64,000 nt of DNA from Candidatus Woesebacteria bacterium UBA5941 (GTDB taxonomy: Bacteria > Patescibacteriota > Microgenomatia > UBA8517), in NCBI GenBank assembly GCA_002430735.1, contig DJCV01000003.1:21142-85141 (forward strand). Direction: 5' to 3'. The notes beneath the pieces were generated by a model. That model saw only the letters and a list, made by a program, of their open reading frames with translations, had not been told where the DNA came from and ran no database searches. The translations under genes and the position numbers were made by a program. Shown here piece by piece: positions 29,644-38,521 of the stretch. Numbering within the stretch: position 1 is the first letter of the stretch; every line of letters begins with the position of its first letter.

Positions 29644-30180
29644 TTATTTAGCTGCTTGTTTACCTGCTTTTCGGCGGATAACTTCGTCAGTGTATTTAAT
29701 ACCAGTTCCTTTGTATGGTTCTGGTGGTCGTGAACCTCGAACAAGAGATGAAATATGGCCAACAACTTCCTTATCTGCTCCTTCTACGGTTACGATTGAT
29801 TTGTCTACTTTAAAGGTCAATCCTTTTGGCGCAGTAATGATTACTGGATGAGAAAATCCAATTTGCATAACGAGATCTTGTCCACGAACTTCCGCTCGGT
29901 ATCCTGCTCCAACGATTTCAAGCTGTTTGTTCCAACCTGTTGTTACTCCAGTTGCCATATTGATTAAATGTGCTCTGATTGTTCCTTGATTTTTAGCCAA
30001 ATTCTTTGAATCGTTTTTCACTTCAATGGTTGCCTCAGAACCTTCTTGCTTCACAGTTACTCCTTGAGGGAGATTTCTGGTGAGTGTTCCTTTTGGTCCT
30101 GTCACAGAAAGTACGTGATCAGCAACTGTGACCGTAACTCCTTGTGGGATTTGAACTGGTAATTTTCCAAAGCGTGACAT
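29644..30180 (-). CDS. rplF: 50S ribosomal protein L6
   Basis: 178 aa, duplicated L6 domain. Confidence 0.9.
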   Translation of the reverse strand: MSRFGKLPVQIPQGVTVTVADHVLSVTGPKGTLTRNLPQGVTVKQEGSEATIEVKNDSKNLAKNQGTIRAHLINMATGVTTGWNKQLEIVGAGYRAEVRGQDLVMQIGFSHPVIITAPKGLTFKVDKSIVTVEGADKEVVGHISSLVRGSRPPEPYKGTGIKYTDEVIRRKAGKQAAK

Positions 30181-30186
30181 ATGTTT

Positions 30187-30570
30187 TTATAAGATTTCTA
30201 CTAAAATCTCTCCACCAACACCCTCTTTTAATGCTTCTTTTGATGTTAAGACTCCCTTTGATGTCGTGAGAATTAATAAGCTTGATTTCTTTCGAGCAAC
30301 GAGTTCTGGAACACTCATATACAAATGGAGTCCAGGTGTTGAAACGAGCTTCAAGTCCATTAACACAGGTTCCTTTTTGCGATATGCGAGTTGCACAACG
30401 ATTGTTCGATCTTCTGGTTTCACTTCAAACTCTCGAACGAGTCCGGCGCGCTTCATTGCGTCGACCACTGCTGCAACGAATTTTGAATTCACCACAACAA
30501 CTGACTTGTGACGAGCAAGTGCTGCGTTTTTAATTCGAATAACTGAGTCTCCTATTGAATAAGTAATCAT
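30187..30570 (-). CDS. rpsH: 30S ribosomal protein S8
   Basis: 127 aa S8. Confidence 0.9.
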   Translation of the reverse strand: MITYSIGDSVIRIKNAALARHKSVVVVNSKFVAAVVDAMKRAGLVREFEVKPEDRTIVVQLAYRKKEPVLMDLKLVSTPGLHLYMSVPELVARKKSSLLILTTSKGVLTSKEALKEGVGGEILVEIL

Positions 30571-30580
30571 ATAAGTGTTT

Positions 30581-30766
30581 TTACCAACTAGCCTTTCTAA
30601 TTCCTGGGATTTCTCCCTTATTTACAAGTTCTCTGAAACAAATTCGGCAAATTCCGAATTTTCGCATATATCCGCGTGGTCTTCCACACAACTTACATCG
30701 GTTGCGGTACTGCACCTTAAACTTTAATTTCTTTGTTTCGCGAATAACTTTACTTGTTTTTGCCAT
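30581..30766 (-). CDS. rpsZ: 30S ribosomal protein S14 type Z (zinc-binding)
   Basis: 61 aa with CxxC...CxxC. Confidence 0.9.
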   Translation of the reverse strand: MAKTSKVIRETKKLKFKVQYRNRCKLCGRPRGYMRKFGICRICFRELVNKGEIPGIRKASW

Positions 30767-30778
30767 AGTATTTATTTA

Positions 30779-31345
30779 TTAATTTTCTTCTTTCTCAAAC
30801 GGCATACCTAATAATTCAAGCATTCTTCGTCCCTTTTCTGGGCTTCCTGCGTTTGTGACAACGGTAATTTCAAGACCTCGTACGCGATCTACTTTTGCTA
30901 AATCAATTTCAGGAAACACGGTGTATTCCGCAATTCCCAATGTGTAGTTTCCTCGAGAATCAAATTTAGCTGGAACTCCACGAAAATCGCGGAACCGAGG
31001 GAGAACAACTGAAATCAGTTTGTCTAAGAAAGAAAACATTCTGTCTCCTCGCAGTGTCACAGTTAATCCAACTGGCATACCTTCACGAAGTCCGAATCCA
31101 GCAACTGAAATTCGTGCTTGCTGAACTTTTGGCTTCTGACCAGTCATTGCACTAAAGTCTGAGAGCAACCGAGCATGAATTTCTTTGTTTCGCAATTCTT
31201 GTCCAGTTCCAATGTTTACCACAACTTTATTAATTCGTGGTAATTGGCTTACGTTTGTCAATCCAAATTCCTTCATAAAGGTTTCTGGAAACTCCGTATT
31301 ATACTTAGTTTTTACTGAAATGTGTTTTGTTTGTGAATCGTCCAT
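30779..31345 (-). CDS. rplE: 50S ribosomal protein L5
   Basis: 188 aa L5. Confidence 0.9.
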   Translation of the reverse strand: MDDSQTKHISVKTKYNTEFPETFMKEFGLTNVSQLPRINKVVVNIGTGQELRNKEIHARLLSDFSAMTGQKPKVQQARISVAGFGLREGMPVGLTVTLRGDRMFSFLDKLISVVLPRFRDFRGVPAKFDSRGNYTLGIAEYTVFPEIDLAKVDRVRGLEITVVTNAGSPEKGRRMLELLGMPFEKEEN

Positions 31346-31347
31346 AT

Positions 31348-31668
31348 TTATTTAGTGTCAATTAATTGATTACTTTTAGCTGCAATTCGAACTTTTTTGT
31401 CACCTGAGATCTGGAATTTAACACGAGTTGGCTTTCCAGACTTCGGATCAATAACTGCTAATTTACTTAATGCAATTGGTCTAAAGAGTTCGTAAATACC
31501 ACCTTTTCCATCTCGTGCAACAGATGGCTTCACGTGTTTTTTATACAGACCAACTCCTGGGACATATGCTGTTCCTTTTTTAGGGAACACTACTTCAACC
31601 GTGCCTTCTTTTCCTCGGTCTGCTCCTAAAATAACGCGTACTTTGTCTCCTTTTTTGATTTTTAACAT
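31348..31668 (-). CDS. rplX: 50S ribosomal protein L24
   Basis: KOW motif MLKIKKGDKVRVILGADRGKEG. Confidence 0.9.
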   Translation of the reverse strand: MLKIKKGDKVRVILGADRGKEGTVEVVFPKKGTAYVPGVGLYKKHVKPSVARDGKGGIYELFRPIALSKLAVIDPKSGKPTRVKFQISGDKKVRIAAKSNQLIDTK

Positions 31669-31671
31669 ATA

Positions 31672-32037
31672 TTAGAAAACTTCTGGTGCAAGTGATGCAA
31701 TTTTTGTATAACCAGCTTCTTTTACTTCTCGTGCGATTGGTCCTAATACTCGAGTTCCTCGAGGAAGACCTTGTTTATCAATAACCACTCCTGCGTTGTC
31801 GTCAAATCTCAAATACGTTCCATCTTTTCTTCGAATTTCTTTTCTCGTGCGAACAATAACAACGTTCACTTTTTCTCGATCTGCAACTGCTCCATTTGGA
31901 TCAGCACCGTGAACAACTGCTTTCACAACTTGTCCAACAGTGGCCTTTTTCCCAATTTTGTGAGAAATACCGAATACTGCAAATTTCTTTGCTCCTGAAT
32001 TATCTGCTGGCTTTAAAATGGTTCGTAATTGAATCAT
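31672..32037 (-). CDS. rplN: 50S ribosomal protein L14
   Basis: MIQ...ADNSGAKK... Confidence 0.95.
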   Translation of the reverse strand: MIQLRTILKPADNSGAKKFAVFGISHKIGKKATVGQVVKAVVHGADPNGAVADREKVNVVIVRTRKEIRRKDGTYLRFDDNAGVVIDKQGLPRGTRVLGPIAREVKEAGYTKIASLAPEVF

Positions 32038-32043
32038 ATGTGT

Positions 32044-32379
32044 TTATTTAGCAGCCTTTTTTGCTGGCTTTGCCTTTACCTCTTTTTTAGCAACTGATTT
32101 CTTTGCAGTCTTTGGTGCTACTACTTCTTTTTTAGATTCAACTTTTGCAGCTTTCGGTGCCTTTTCAACAATTTTCCATTTTTTAGATTTGCTGATTGGT
32201 GCACATGCTACGAAATCAACGATTTCTCCAACTGAATGACCTACTTCATCATGCACTTGGTACTTTTTCACTCGCTTCATTCGTTTCTTGTATAAAGGAT
32301 GCGCAACAAATCGGATGACGGTGACTGTTGCAGTCTTTGCCATCTTTGTGCTGGTTACTGTTCCAGTGATAATTTTCAT
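32044..32379 (-). CDS. rpsQ: 30S ribosomal protein S17 with K/A-rich C-terminal tail
   Basis: Start set to MKIITGTV (ATG complement 32377-32379), 5 nt after rpmC stop; C-terminal ...KAPKAAKVESKKEVVAPKTAKKSVAKKEVKAKPAKKAAK. Confidence 0.85.
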   Translation of the reverse strand: MKIITGTVTSTKMAKTATVTVIRFVAHPLYKKRMKRVKKYQVHDEVGHSVGEIVDFVACAPISKSKKWKIVEKAPKAAKVESKKEVVAPKTAKKSVAKKEVKAKPAKKAAK

Positions 32380-32386
32380 ATAGTAA

Positions 32387-32590
32387 TTAGTTTGTTTTTT
32401 GCTTCTCAGTAATAATTGTCTTAATTTGAGCCACATTCTTTTTCAAATGGTGGGCAATTTTAACATTAGTTGGGTTTTCTCCCAATGAAGGCATCTCTGC
32501 CTTTACAATTTCTTTTTTCAATTCCATAACTTTCTCGCTCAATTTTTCAATTGATTCACTTCGTAATGCTTGTAATTCTTTTGTTTTCAT
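32387..32590 (-). CDS. rpmC: 50S ribosomal protein L29
   Basis: 67 aa helical L29. Confidence 0.85.
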   Translation of the reverse strand: MKTKELQALRSESIEKLSEKVMELKKEIVKAEMPSLGENPTNVKIAHHLKKNVAQIKTIITEKQKTN

Positions 32591-32594
32591 ATGT

Positions 32595-33011
32595 TTATAA
32601 TTCGCTTTCTTTTGTAATAAACCGTGTTTTAAATGGCATTTTGTCAGTTGCTCGAGAAAGCGCTACTTTTGCAACTTCTTCAGGAACTCCAGAAATTTCA
32701 TAAATAATCCGGCCTGGTTTAACCACTGCAACATATCGATCAATGTCTCCTTTTCCGCTTCCCATTCGCTGTCCGGCTGCTCGTGCTGTTACTGGTTTAT
32801 CAGGGAACACTCGGATCCAGAGTCGTCCTTTTCGTTTTAAGTTATTTGTAATGGCACGACGTCCTGCTTCAATTTGAGCCGCAGAAAGCCATGCAACACT
32901 CAACGCCTTAATTCCAAACTCTCCAAAAGACAATGTTGCACCTCGGTCTGCGAGTCCTGCTCGTCGACCTCTTTGATCTTTTCGATATTTTCTTCGTGCT
33001 GGTTGTAACAT
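32595..33011 (-). CDS. rplP: 50S ribosomal protein L16
   Basis: [11 protein letters not shown]... Confidence 0.95.
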   Translation of the reverse strand: MLQPARRKYRKDQRGRRAGLADRGATLSFGEFGIKALSVAWLSAAQIEAGRRAITNNLKRKGRLWIRVFPDKPVTARAAGQRMGSGKGDIDRYVAVVKPGRIIYEISGVPEEVAKVALSRATDKMPFKTRFITKESEL

Positions 33012-33014
33012 AGA

Positions 33015-33668
33015 TTAATTTTCTTCTTTCTTGTAAATCCACACTTTTACTCCAACGTATCCTTTTTTCAAAAGAGCCGGGGTTTGTGCGTAATCAATTT
33101 CTTTTCGTAATGTTTGAGATGGAACGGATCCTTGGTGGAACTTTTCAGTTCGTCCAATATCAGCTCCTCCAATTCGACCACTTAATACAACTTTAATTCC
33201 TAAAGCTCCGGCATTCATTGCGCGCTCCATAGCTTTTGTAACAACTCGTCTGTGTGGCATACGTCGCTCTAAGTCTTGAATGATACGCATCAATGTTAAT
33301 TGTGCTGAAACATCAGGATTCTTTACTTCTTTTACCTGGAAATCAATTTTTCCATTCTTTGGTAACTTTCCACGAGATTCTTTCATGATCTCTAAGACAA
33401 ACTTCTTGACGTCTTCAATTCCTGAACCACCGCGTCCGATAACCACTCCTGGTCGAGAAACGTTTAATGTGATTGTCATGCTTTTTGTTAACCGTTCAAT
33501 TTCAACAGATGTGATTCCAGCAACGACGAGTCTTTTCATCAAAGCGCGTCGAATTTTGACGTCTTCCACTAAGTAATCCTTAAATTGCACGTTATTTGCG
33601 AACCAACGAGATTTCCATGGAAGGAAAGATCCGGTTCTAAAGCCAATTGGATTAATTTTTTGTCCCAT
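33015..33668 (-). CDS. rpsC: 30S ribosomal protein S3
   Basis: MGQKINPIGFR... KH domain. Confidence 0.95.
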   Translation of the reverse strand: MGQKINPIGFRTGSFLPWKSRWFANNVQFKDYLVEDVKIRRALMKRLVVAGITSVEIERLTKSMTITLNVSRPGVVIGRGGSGIEDVKKFVLEIMKESRGKLPKNGKIDFQVKEVKNPDVSAQLTLMRIIQDLERRMPHRRVVTKAMERAMNAGALGIKVVLSGRIGGADIGRTEKFHQGSVPSQTLRKEIDYAQTPALLKKGYVGVKVWIYKKEEN

Positions 33669-33673
33669 ATATA

Positions 33674-34120
33674 TTACTTTTTAGTTTTTGTACTTACTTT
33701 TTTCACTGCTTTTGGTTTCTCAACTGCAACTACTGGTTCAGTAGCAACTGCCTTTGCATCTCGTCGTGCTTTTTTAACAACAACAACTTCTTTTTCAATA
33801 ACGGATACTCGAATATGGCTCATTCGTTTCTTGATTGGGTGCCATTGTCCGCGTGAAACGGGAATACCTCGCTTTAATGCTGGTCCTTGTGAGATTTGAA
33901 TCTCATGAAAGACGAGCTTTGATTCATCTGCTCCACCTTGTCGTGCATTTGCGATAGCTGTCTTAATAACCTTAAGTAATGGTTCAGCTGCGAATTTTGC
34001 TGAATACGGTAAAATCTCAACTGCATCACTTGGTTTCATTTTTCGCACACTATCTGCAACCAAACGCATTTTGCGTGGTGTCATTCTGACGAACTTTTGT
34101 GTAGCGGTAAACGTATTCAT
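33674..34120 (-). CDS. rplV: 50S ribosomal protein L22 (K/A-rich C-terminal extension)
   Basis: L22 core plus ...EKPKAVKKVSTKTKK tail. Confidence 0.9.
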   Translation of the reverse strand: MNTFTATQKFVRMTPRKMRLVADSVRKMKPSDAVEILPYSAKFAAEPLLKVIKTAIANARQGGADESKLVFHEIQISQGPALKRGIPVSRGQWHPIKKRMSHIRVSVIEKEVVVVKKARRDAKAVATEPVVAVEKPKAVKKVSTKTKK

Positions 34121-34128
34121 AGTAATTG

Positions 34129-34410
34129 TTATGTCTTATCAGATGTTCGTTTAACAACTTGACCGTGACCTCTAAAGGTTCGGGTAGGAGAGAATTCTCC
34201 CAATCGATGTCCAACCATATCTTCAGTTACATAGACTTCAACGAAAATGCGTCCATTATGGACATTAAAATATCGTCCTACAAAGCTTGGTGGAATCTGA
34301 CATGCGCGTGACCAAGTCTTAATTGCATTGCCTTTTTTACCCATATCAGCTTCTACCTTTTTAACAAGGCGTGGGTCTACATATGGTCCTTTTTTGCTTG
34401 ATCGTGACAT
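34129..34410 (-). CDS. rpsS: 30S ribosomal protein S19
   Basis: [12 protein letters not shown]... Confidence 0.95.
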   Translation of the reverse strand: MSRSSKKGPYVDPRLVKKVEADMGKKGNAIKTWSRACQIPPSFVGRYFNVHNGRIFVEVYVTEDMVGHRLGEFSPTRTFRGHGQVVKRTSDKT

Positions 34411-34417
34411 ATTTTAA

Positions 34418-35170
34418 TTAATGACTATGCTTTCCAGGTTTTCTCTTACTTACAATCATTGTATTGGAATACTTCTTTCTTCGTCGGGTCTTTCCAACTG
34501 CTTTCTTTCCAACATACGTCTTTGGATATTTAAGTCCAACGCTTGATCGTCCTTCTCCTCCTCCGTGAGGGTGAGCTCCAGGGTGCATCGCAACTCCTCG
34601 AACACGAGGTCTTACTCCGAGCCATCGCATACGACCTGCTTTACCAAGCACTCGATGTCTGTGTCCTACATTTCCAACCTGTCCAATAGTAGCCCAACAC
34701 AGTGGATTAAATCGCTTAATTTCTCCTGATGGAAGTTTAATGAGTACAAAGAGGTTCTCTCGTCCCTGTAATACTGCAGCGTTTCCAGCGCTTCGTACAA
34801 TCTGTCCTCCTCGACCAACACGAACTTCAAGGTTGTGAATTAAGGTTCCAACTGGAATCTTACTCAATGGGAGCGCATTCCCTGGTTCAATCGGAGCCAT
34901 TTCAGACGCAATCACTTTTGCTCCAACTACTAATCCTTGAGGCGCTAAAGTATACCTTTTTTCTCCATCTTCGTAAACCAGAAGAGCAATATCTGCTGTT
35001 CGGTTTGGATCGTACTCAATAGATTCCACACGAGCCCAAATATCTCGCTTGTCTCGTCGCCAATCGATAATTCGGAAAAATCGCTTGTGTCGTCCACCCT
35101 GGTGTCGAACAGTAATCTTTCCATTAGATCGGCCGCTGTGTTTTTGTAAAATTTCAAATAAATGGTTCAT
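34418..35170 (-). CDS. rplB: 50S ribosomal protein L2 (short N-terminus)
   Basis: ...GRNN.G.ITVRHQGGGHKR...MHPGAHPHGGGEG... Confidence 0.95.
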   Translation of the reverse strand: MNHLFEILQKHSGRSNGKITVRHQGGRHKRFFRIIDWRRDKRDIWARVESIEYDPNRTADIALLVYEDGEKRYTLAPQGLVVGAKVIASEMAPIEPGNALPLSKIPVGTLIHNLEVRVGRGGQIVRSAGNAAVLQGRENLFVLIKLPSGEIKRFNPLCWATIGQVGNVGHRHRVLGKAGRMRWLGVRPRVRGVAMHPGAHPHGGGEGRSSVGLKYPKTYVGKKAVGKTRRRKKYSNTMIVSKRKPGKHSH

Positions 35171-35173
35171 ATA

Positions 35174-35485
35174 TTACTTTTTAGTTGTTTTTTTTACTTC
35201 TTTCTTTGATGCTTTTTTCTCTTGGGTAAATACACTAATAGTTTGACCTTCCTTCAAAGAAACGATTGCTTTCTTCCAAGATGGGGCAGAAACGCGTGCA
35301 CCTCGCATTGTTCGTCTTGTCTCAGCTTTATAGTTCATCGTTGCCACATCAGTGACTTTAACTGGGAAAATTTCTTCGATTAATGCTCGAATTTGAAACT
35401 TAGACAGTTCACGAGAAACACGGAACGTAAATCGTCCTTGTGCTGCGTGAGCTAATGATTTTTCAGTAAATAATGGTTTTATCAT
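35174..35485 (-). CDS. rplW: 50S ribosomal protein L23
   Basis: 103 aa L23. Confidence 0.9.
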   Translation of the reverse strand: MIKPLFTEKSLAHAAQGRFTFRVSRELSKFQIRALIEEIFPVKVTDVATMNYKAETRRTMRGARVSAPSWKKAIVSLKEGQTISVFTQEKKASKKEVKKTTKK

Positions 35486-36171
35486 GCTGTTTTCTTTTTA
35501 GTAGCTGCTTTTTTAACTGCGGTTACTTTCTTTGTTGGTTTTACGGCTACAACCTTTTCTTTTTTCGCGGTTTTTTCAACCTTTATACCGGATAATACTT
35601 CAGAATCAACGAGTAATACCTGGTTCATTAAAACTGCATATGCGTTTACTTGATCCCAAGAAAGGATAGAGACACCATCAATGTTTCGAAATGCTTTTGC
35701 GAGTGCCCAGTTCTTTGGAGTTAATGCAAGAAGAACGGTCTTCGCTCCAGTCATCTTAATAACAGTTGCAGCTTCTTTTGTTTTCGTAATCCCAGAAAGA
35801 TCAATAAAGTGAACTGCATTTTCAGCAATCTTTAAAGCAATACTTCCACGTCGTGAATGCACTTTTAGTTTTTTAGACAGATAATGAGTTGTCTTAATAC
35901 CCTTTGGTCCGTGTGTTACTCCTCCACCGACAAAGATCGGAGCTCGTGCTGAGCTGTGTCGTGCATTTCCGGTGTGCTTCTGCTTATACATTTTCTTTGT
36001 TGTCAAAGAAACTTCTCCTCGTGTTAAGACCTGCGGAAGACCAGTATGAGCACGTTCTCGGTATACGTGGAATGCTTGAGCTACTAATGCTTTTGGTGTC
36101 TCGGTTGCAAATCCTTCAGGAAGGGTTACTTCAGATGGTTTGGTCGCAGTTAGTGAGTATAGGTGAGCCAT
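35482..36171 (-). CDS. rplD: 50S ribosomal protein L4
   Basis: 229 aa L4. Confidence 0.9.
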   Translation of the reverse strand: MAHLYSLTATKPSEVTLPEGFATETPKALVAQAFHVYRERAHTGLPQVLTRGEVSLTTKKMYKQKHTGNARHSSARAPIFVGGGVTHGPKGIKTTHYLSKKLKVHSRRGSIALKIAENAVHFIDLSGITKTKEAATVIKMTGAKTVLLALTPKNWALAKAFRNIDGVSILSWDQVNAYAVLMNQVLLVDSEVLSGIKVEKTAKKEKVVAVKPTKKVTAVKKAATKKKTA

Positions 36172-36866
36172 TATTCAGTTCCTCCTTCTTGTGTTGCAGT
36201 AACTTCAGTAGCTGGTGCACCAGTTACTTTATTTTCAGAAATTCGCTTTACAACAATTAAACTCCCTTTGTTTCCAGGGATTGGTCCTCGAACCCACAAT
36301 TCATTTCGTTCTGCGTCGACCGCAACAATTGGGAGATTTTTGACGGTTACTTGTTCAACTCCCATATGTCCTGCCATTCTTTTTCCTTTATACACGCGAC
36401 CTGGTGTTGTTCCTTGTCCAATTGAACCTGGTGCACGATGTCGATCGCTTTGTCCGTGAGTTTTTGGCCCTCCGCGGAATCCATATCGCTTAACGCCTCC
36501 TGCAAATCCTTTTCCTTTTGAAATGCCTGTTACTTGCACCATATCTCCAACAGTGAAAATATCACTCACCTTCACGGTGTCTCCAGCTTTCAATGTTTCT
36601 TCTTCAGTGATTTCAACTTCACGCAAAAAACGAGGCGCTCCTTTTTCAGTTGTAGCGCCTTTCAAGTGACCTTGCATTGCTTTTGTTGTGTTTTTGAGTT
36701 TCTTTGATCCGAAGCCTAATTGGATTGAAGTATAACCGTTGGTATCTTGATCCTTCACCATAGTCACGATACAAGGACCTGCGTTAATAATAGTTACAGG
36801 AGTACGGACGTTTCCTTCAAACGTCTGTGTCATTTTAATTTTGGTTCCGAGTAATGTATTGATCAT
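36171..36866 (-). CDS. rplC: 50S ribosomal protein L3
   Basis: Start set to MINTLLGTKIKMTQTFEG (ATG complement 36864-36866); ORF-track 5' extension covers the leader hairpin. Confidence 0.9.
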   Translation of the reverse strand: MINTLLGTKIKMTQTFEGNVRTPVTIINAGPCIVTMVKDQDTNGYTSIQLGFGSKKLKNTTKAMQGHLKGATTEKGAPRFLREVEITEEETLKAGDTVKVSDIFTVGDMVQVTGISKGKGFAGGVKRYGFRGGPKTHGQSDRHRAPGSIGQGTTPGRVYKGKRMAGHMGVEQVTVKNLPIVAVDAERNELWVRGPIPGNKGSLIVVKRISENKVTGAPATEVTATQEGGTE

Positions 36867-36872
36867 AATGGC

Positions 36873-36897
36873 AAAAAAATAAGCGCCCGGAGGCGCC
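36873..36897 (-). promoter_or_regulatory. attenuator-like GC-rich hairpin + U7 tract in the rplC leader, 6 nt upstream of the L3 start codon
   Basis: Minus RNA GGGAGGCGCCUCCGGGCGCUUAUUUUUUUGCC-AUUAUG: stem AGGCGCC/GGCGCUU (loop UCCG) followed by U7; alternative pairing GGAG/CUCC shares the same nucleotides. Confidence 0.4.
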
Positions 36898-36962
36898 TCC
36901 CTAGGCAACTCCAAACTTTCCTAAAACTCCTGAGCAAGAAACAGCTTCATCAGTTAGGTCGA

Positions 36963-36991
36963 ATTATATCAAAGCAGCGTACCGCATGCAA
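36963..36991 (-). promoter_or_regulatory. consensus sigma70-like promoter for the rplC-... operon
   Basis: Minus strand TTGCAT (36986-36991) - 17 nt - TATAAT (36963-36968). Confidence 0.5.
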
Positions 36992-37019
36992 GGTAAGCCT
37001 CAAACTGCATCAGAAAGTG

Positions 37020-37048
37020 TTGAAATCTGCTCTTTTTTGTCCTATAAT
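37020..37048 (+). promoter_or_regulatory. consensus sigma70-like promoter for small acidic ORF A
   Basis: TTGAAA (37020-37025) - 17 nt - TATAAT (37043-37048); AGGAGG SD at 37068-37073, 5 nt before ATG. Confidence 0.5.
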
Positions 37049-37078
37049 TCCATGCTCAGCTAAAAACAGGAGGTTTTC

Positions 37079-37324
37079 ATGTTTCACCACGAAGCTCAAG
37101 AGATTTTGGCCAGTGTCATCTTGCAATACCAGATTGAAGACCCAGAACTGATCAATGAGCTGACCGGGCACGCAGGCGAATTTGTCAGGATTAACGGCAA
37201 CCCGCTCTCTCGCACCGAGGAAGACCACAACCAATGGGAAGCCCGTAAAGTGTCGATGTCACTCGTTGATCCACTCTCGCAGTTTATGCGGGACTTTATG
37301 GAAGAGGTGCTTGACCTGAGGTAG
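37079..37324 (+). CDS. small acidic hypothetical protein A (81 aa)
   Basis: ORF with perfect promoter, AGGAGG SD and downstream intrinsic terminator; MFHHEAQEILASVILQYQIEDPELINELTGHAGEF... Confidence 0.5.
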   Translation: MFHHEAQEILASVILQYQIEDPELINELTGHAGEFVRINGNPLSRTEEDHNQWEARKVSMSLVDPLSQFMRDFMEEVLDLR

Positions 37325-37342
37325 CCTCCACACTGGCAAATA

Positions 37343-37372
37343 GCGATCGTTTTTATAAACGGTCGCTTTTTT
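37343..37372 (+). terminator. intrinsic terminator after ORF A
   Basis: GCGAUCGU-uuuuauaa-ACGGUCGC 8-bp stem followed by UUUUUU. Confidence 0.6.
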
Positions 37373-37384
37373 CATGCCATAGTA

Positions 37385-37413
37385 TTGTAAAACCACCATT
37401 TATGTCTTATAAT
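37385..37413 (+). promoter_or_regulatory. consensus sigma70-like promoter for small acidic ORF B
   Basis: TTGTAA (37385-37390) - 17 nt - TATAAT (37408-37413); AGGAGG SD 37435-37440, 5 nt before ATG 37446. Confidence 0.5.
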
Positions 37414-37445
37414 ACTAATCCAAATAGGCCATAGGAGGAAAATGA

Positions 37446-37643
37446 ATGTTGGGCCTACAGTATCTCGCGGAACAGATTGCAGATGAGACAAAATTGGAAG
37501 GAGCAGCTCTTGCAGATTTTCGAACACTGGTCGGGAAAGTTCTGGAAATGGGACAGAAACCGGAAGAGTGTACCTTCAATGGTACACATCCTGAAGCCCG
37601 TCAAGCGTTCGAAATGCTCACCGCAGAACTTTGTCCATCGTAA
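37446..37643 (+). CDS. small acidic hypothetical protein B (65 aa)
   Basis: MLGLQYLAEQIADETKLEGAALADF...KPEECTF...; own promoter, SD and terminator. Confidence 0.5.
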   Translation: MLGLQYLAEQIADETKLEGAALADFRTLVGKVLEMGQKPEECTFNGTHPEARQAFEMLTAELCPS

Positions 37644-37657
37644 TCCTTTTTCCTGAA

Positions 37658-37684
37658 GGTCAATCACACCGATTGGCCTTTTTT
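37658..37684 (+). terminator. intrinsic terminator after ORF B (overlaps convergent tlyA-like stop codon)
   Basis: GGUCAAUC-acacc-GAUUGGCC 8-bp stem + UUUUUU. Confidence 0.55.
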
Positions 37685-38240
37685 ATGGCGTAAGAAGCGC
37701 TAAAAATTCTTTATTCTTTCCACGTTCTCCTAAAATAGGAGATTCCACGAAACCTTCAATGGTTATTCCCAAATCAGTAATATCTTTCTTTGTCTTATCT
37801 AAAACCTCATTCATTTTTTCTTCAATAAGTCTTCCCTTTTGTAAGTATTCCTTCGGTGCTTCATAGTGCGGCTTAATTAGGGCTATAATACGGCCTTTTT
37901 CTTTGAGGTTCTTTACAGCACTCGGAAGAATTAATTTCTGTGGAGTCCATGCAACGTCAATTGTAATAAGATCCATTTTTTCAGGGAGCTCGACATGAAG
38001 GGCATTCGTGCGTTCCATAACAACGACCCTTGGGTCATTTCGTAAGGTCCATGCCAGTTCTCCATAGGCTGTGTCTACTGCATATACTTTTTGCGCACCG
38101 TTTTTAAGAAGACAATCGGTGAATCCGCCAGTTGAACAACCGAAATCAGCACAGATTAAATTAGACACTGAAATCGTAAAGGTATCTAATGCATGCTGCA
38201 ATTTTTCACCCGCACGGGAGGCAAATTGTTTGGTTTCCAT
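37683..38240 (-). CDS. tlyA: TlyA-family (FtsJ-like) rRNA 2'-O-methyltransferase without N-terminal S4 domain
   Basis: SAM-binding block ICADFGCSTGGFTDCLLKNGAQKVYAVD; start at METKQFASRAGEKL (ATG complement 38238-38240) with TATAAT 7 nt upstream. Confidence 0.7.
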   Translation of the reverse strand: METKQFASRAGEKLQHALDTFTISVSNLICADFGCSTGGFTDCLLKNGAQKVYAVDTAYGELAWTLRNDPRVVVMERTNALHVELPEKMDLITIDVAWTPQKLILPSAVKNLKEKGRIIALIKPHYEAPKEYLQKGRLIEEKMNEVLDKTKKDITDLGITIEGFVESPILGERGKNKEFLALLTP

Positions 38241-38323
38241 TGAGTGATTATATCGCATGTTTGACTATGGGAATTTGCAGTTATACACTGCCCATATCAA
38301 GCAGTAACAGTGAGGATCTCATC

Positions 38324-38521
38324 ATGATTGATGATGTTCAGAGTACAGACGAACAACTGTCGAGTGAAGACAAAAAACTATTGAAAGGGCTTATCGGAAC
38401 ATACGATAACCCAGAAGAGACATTCGAGTTTTTGCGCCTGTATCGTAAAGCGTCTGCTTACATTCGGGATTTGCTTAACCACTACGGCGCCGAATTAGTT
38501 GCAAACGATGGGAATGAGTAA
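38324..38521 (+). CDS. small acidic hypothetical protein C (65 aa)
   Basis: MIDDVQSTDEQLSSEDKKLLKGLIGTYDNPEETFEF...; GUGAGGA SD-like 7 nt upstream; TTGACT -35-like at 38261-38266; shares PEE-TF motif with ORF B. Confidence 0.4.
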   Translation: MIDDVQSTDEQLSSEDKKLLKGLIGTYDNPEETFEFLRLYRKASAYIRDLLNHYGAELVANDGNE

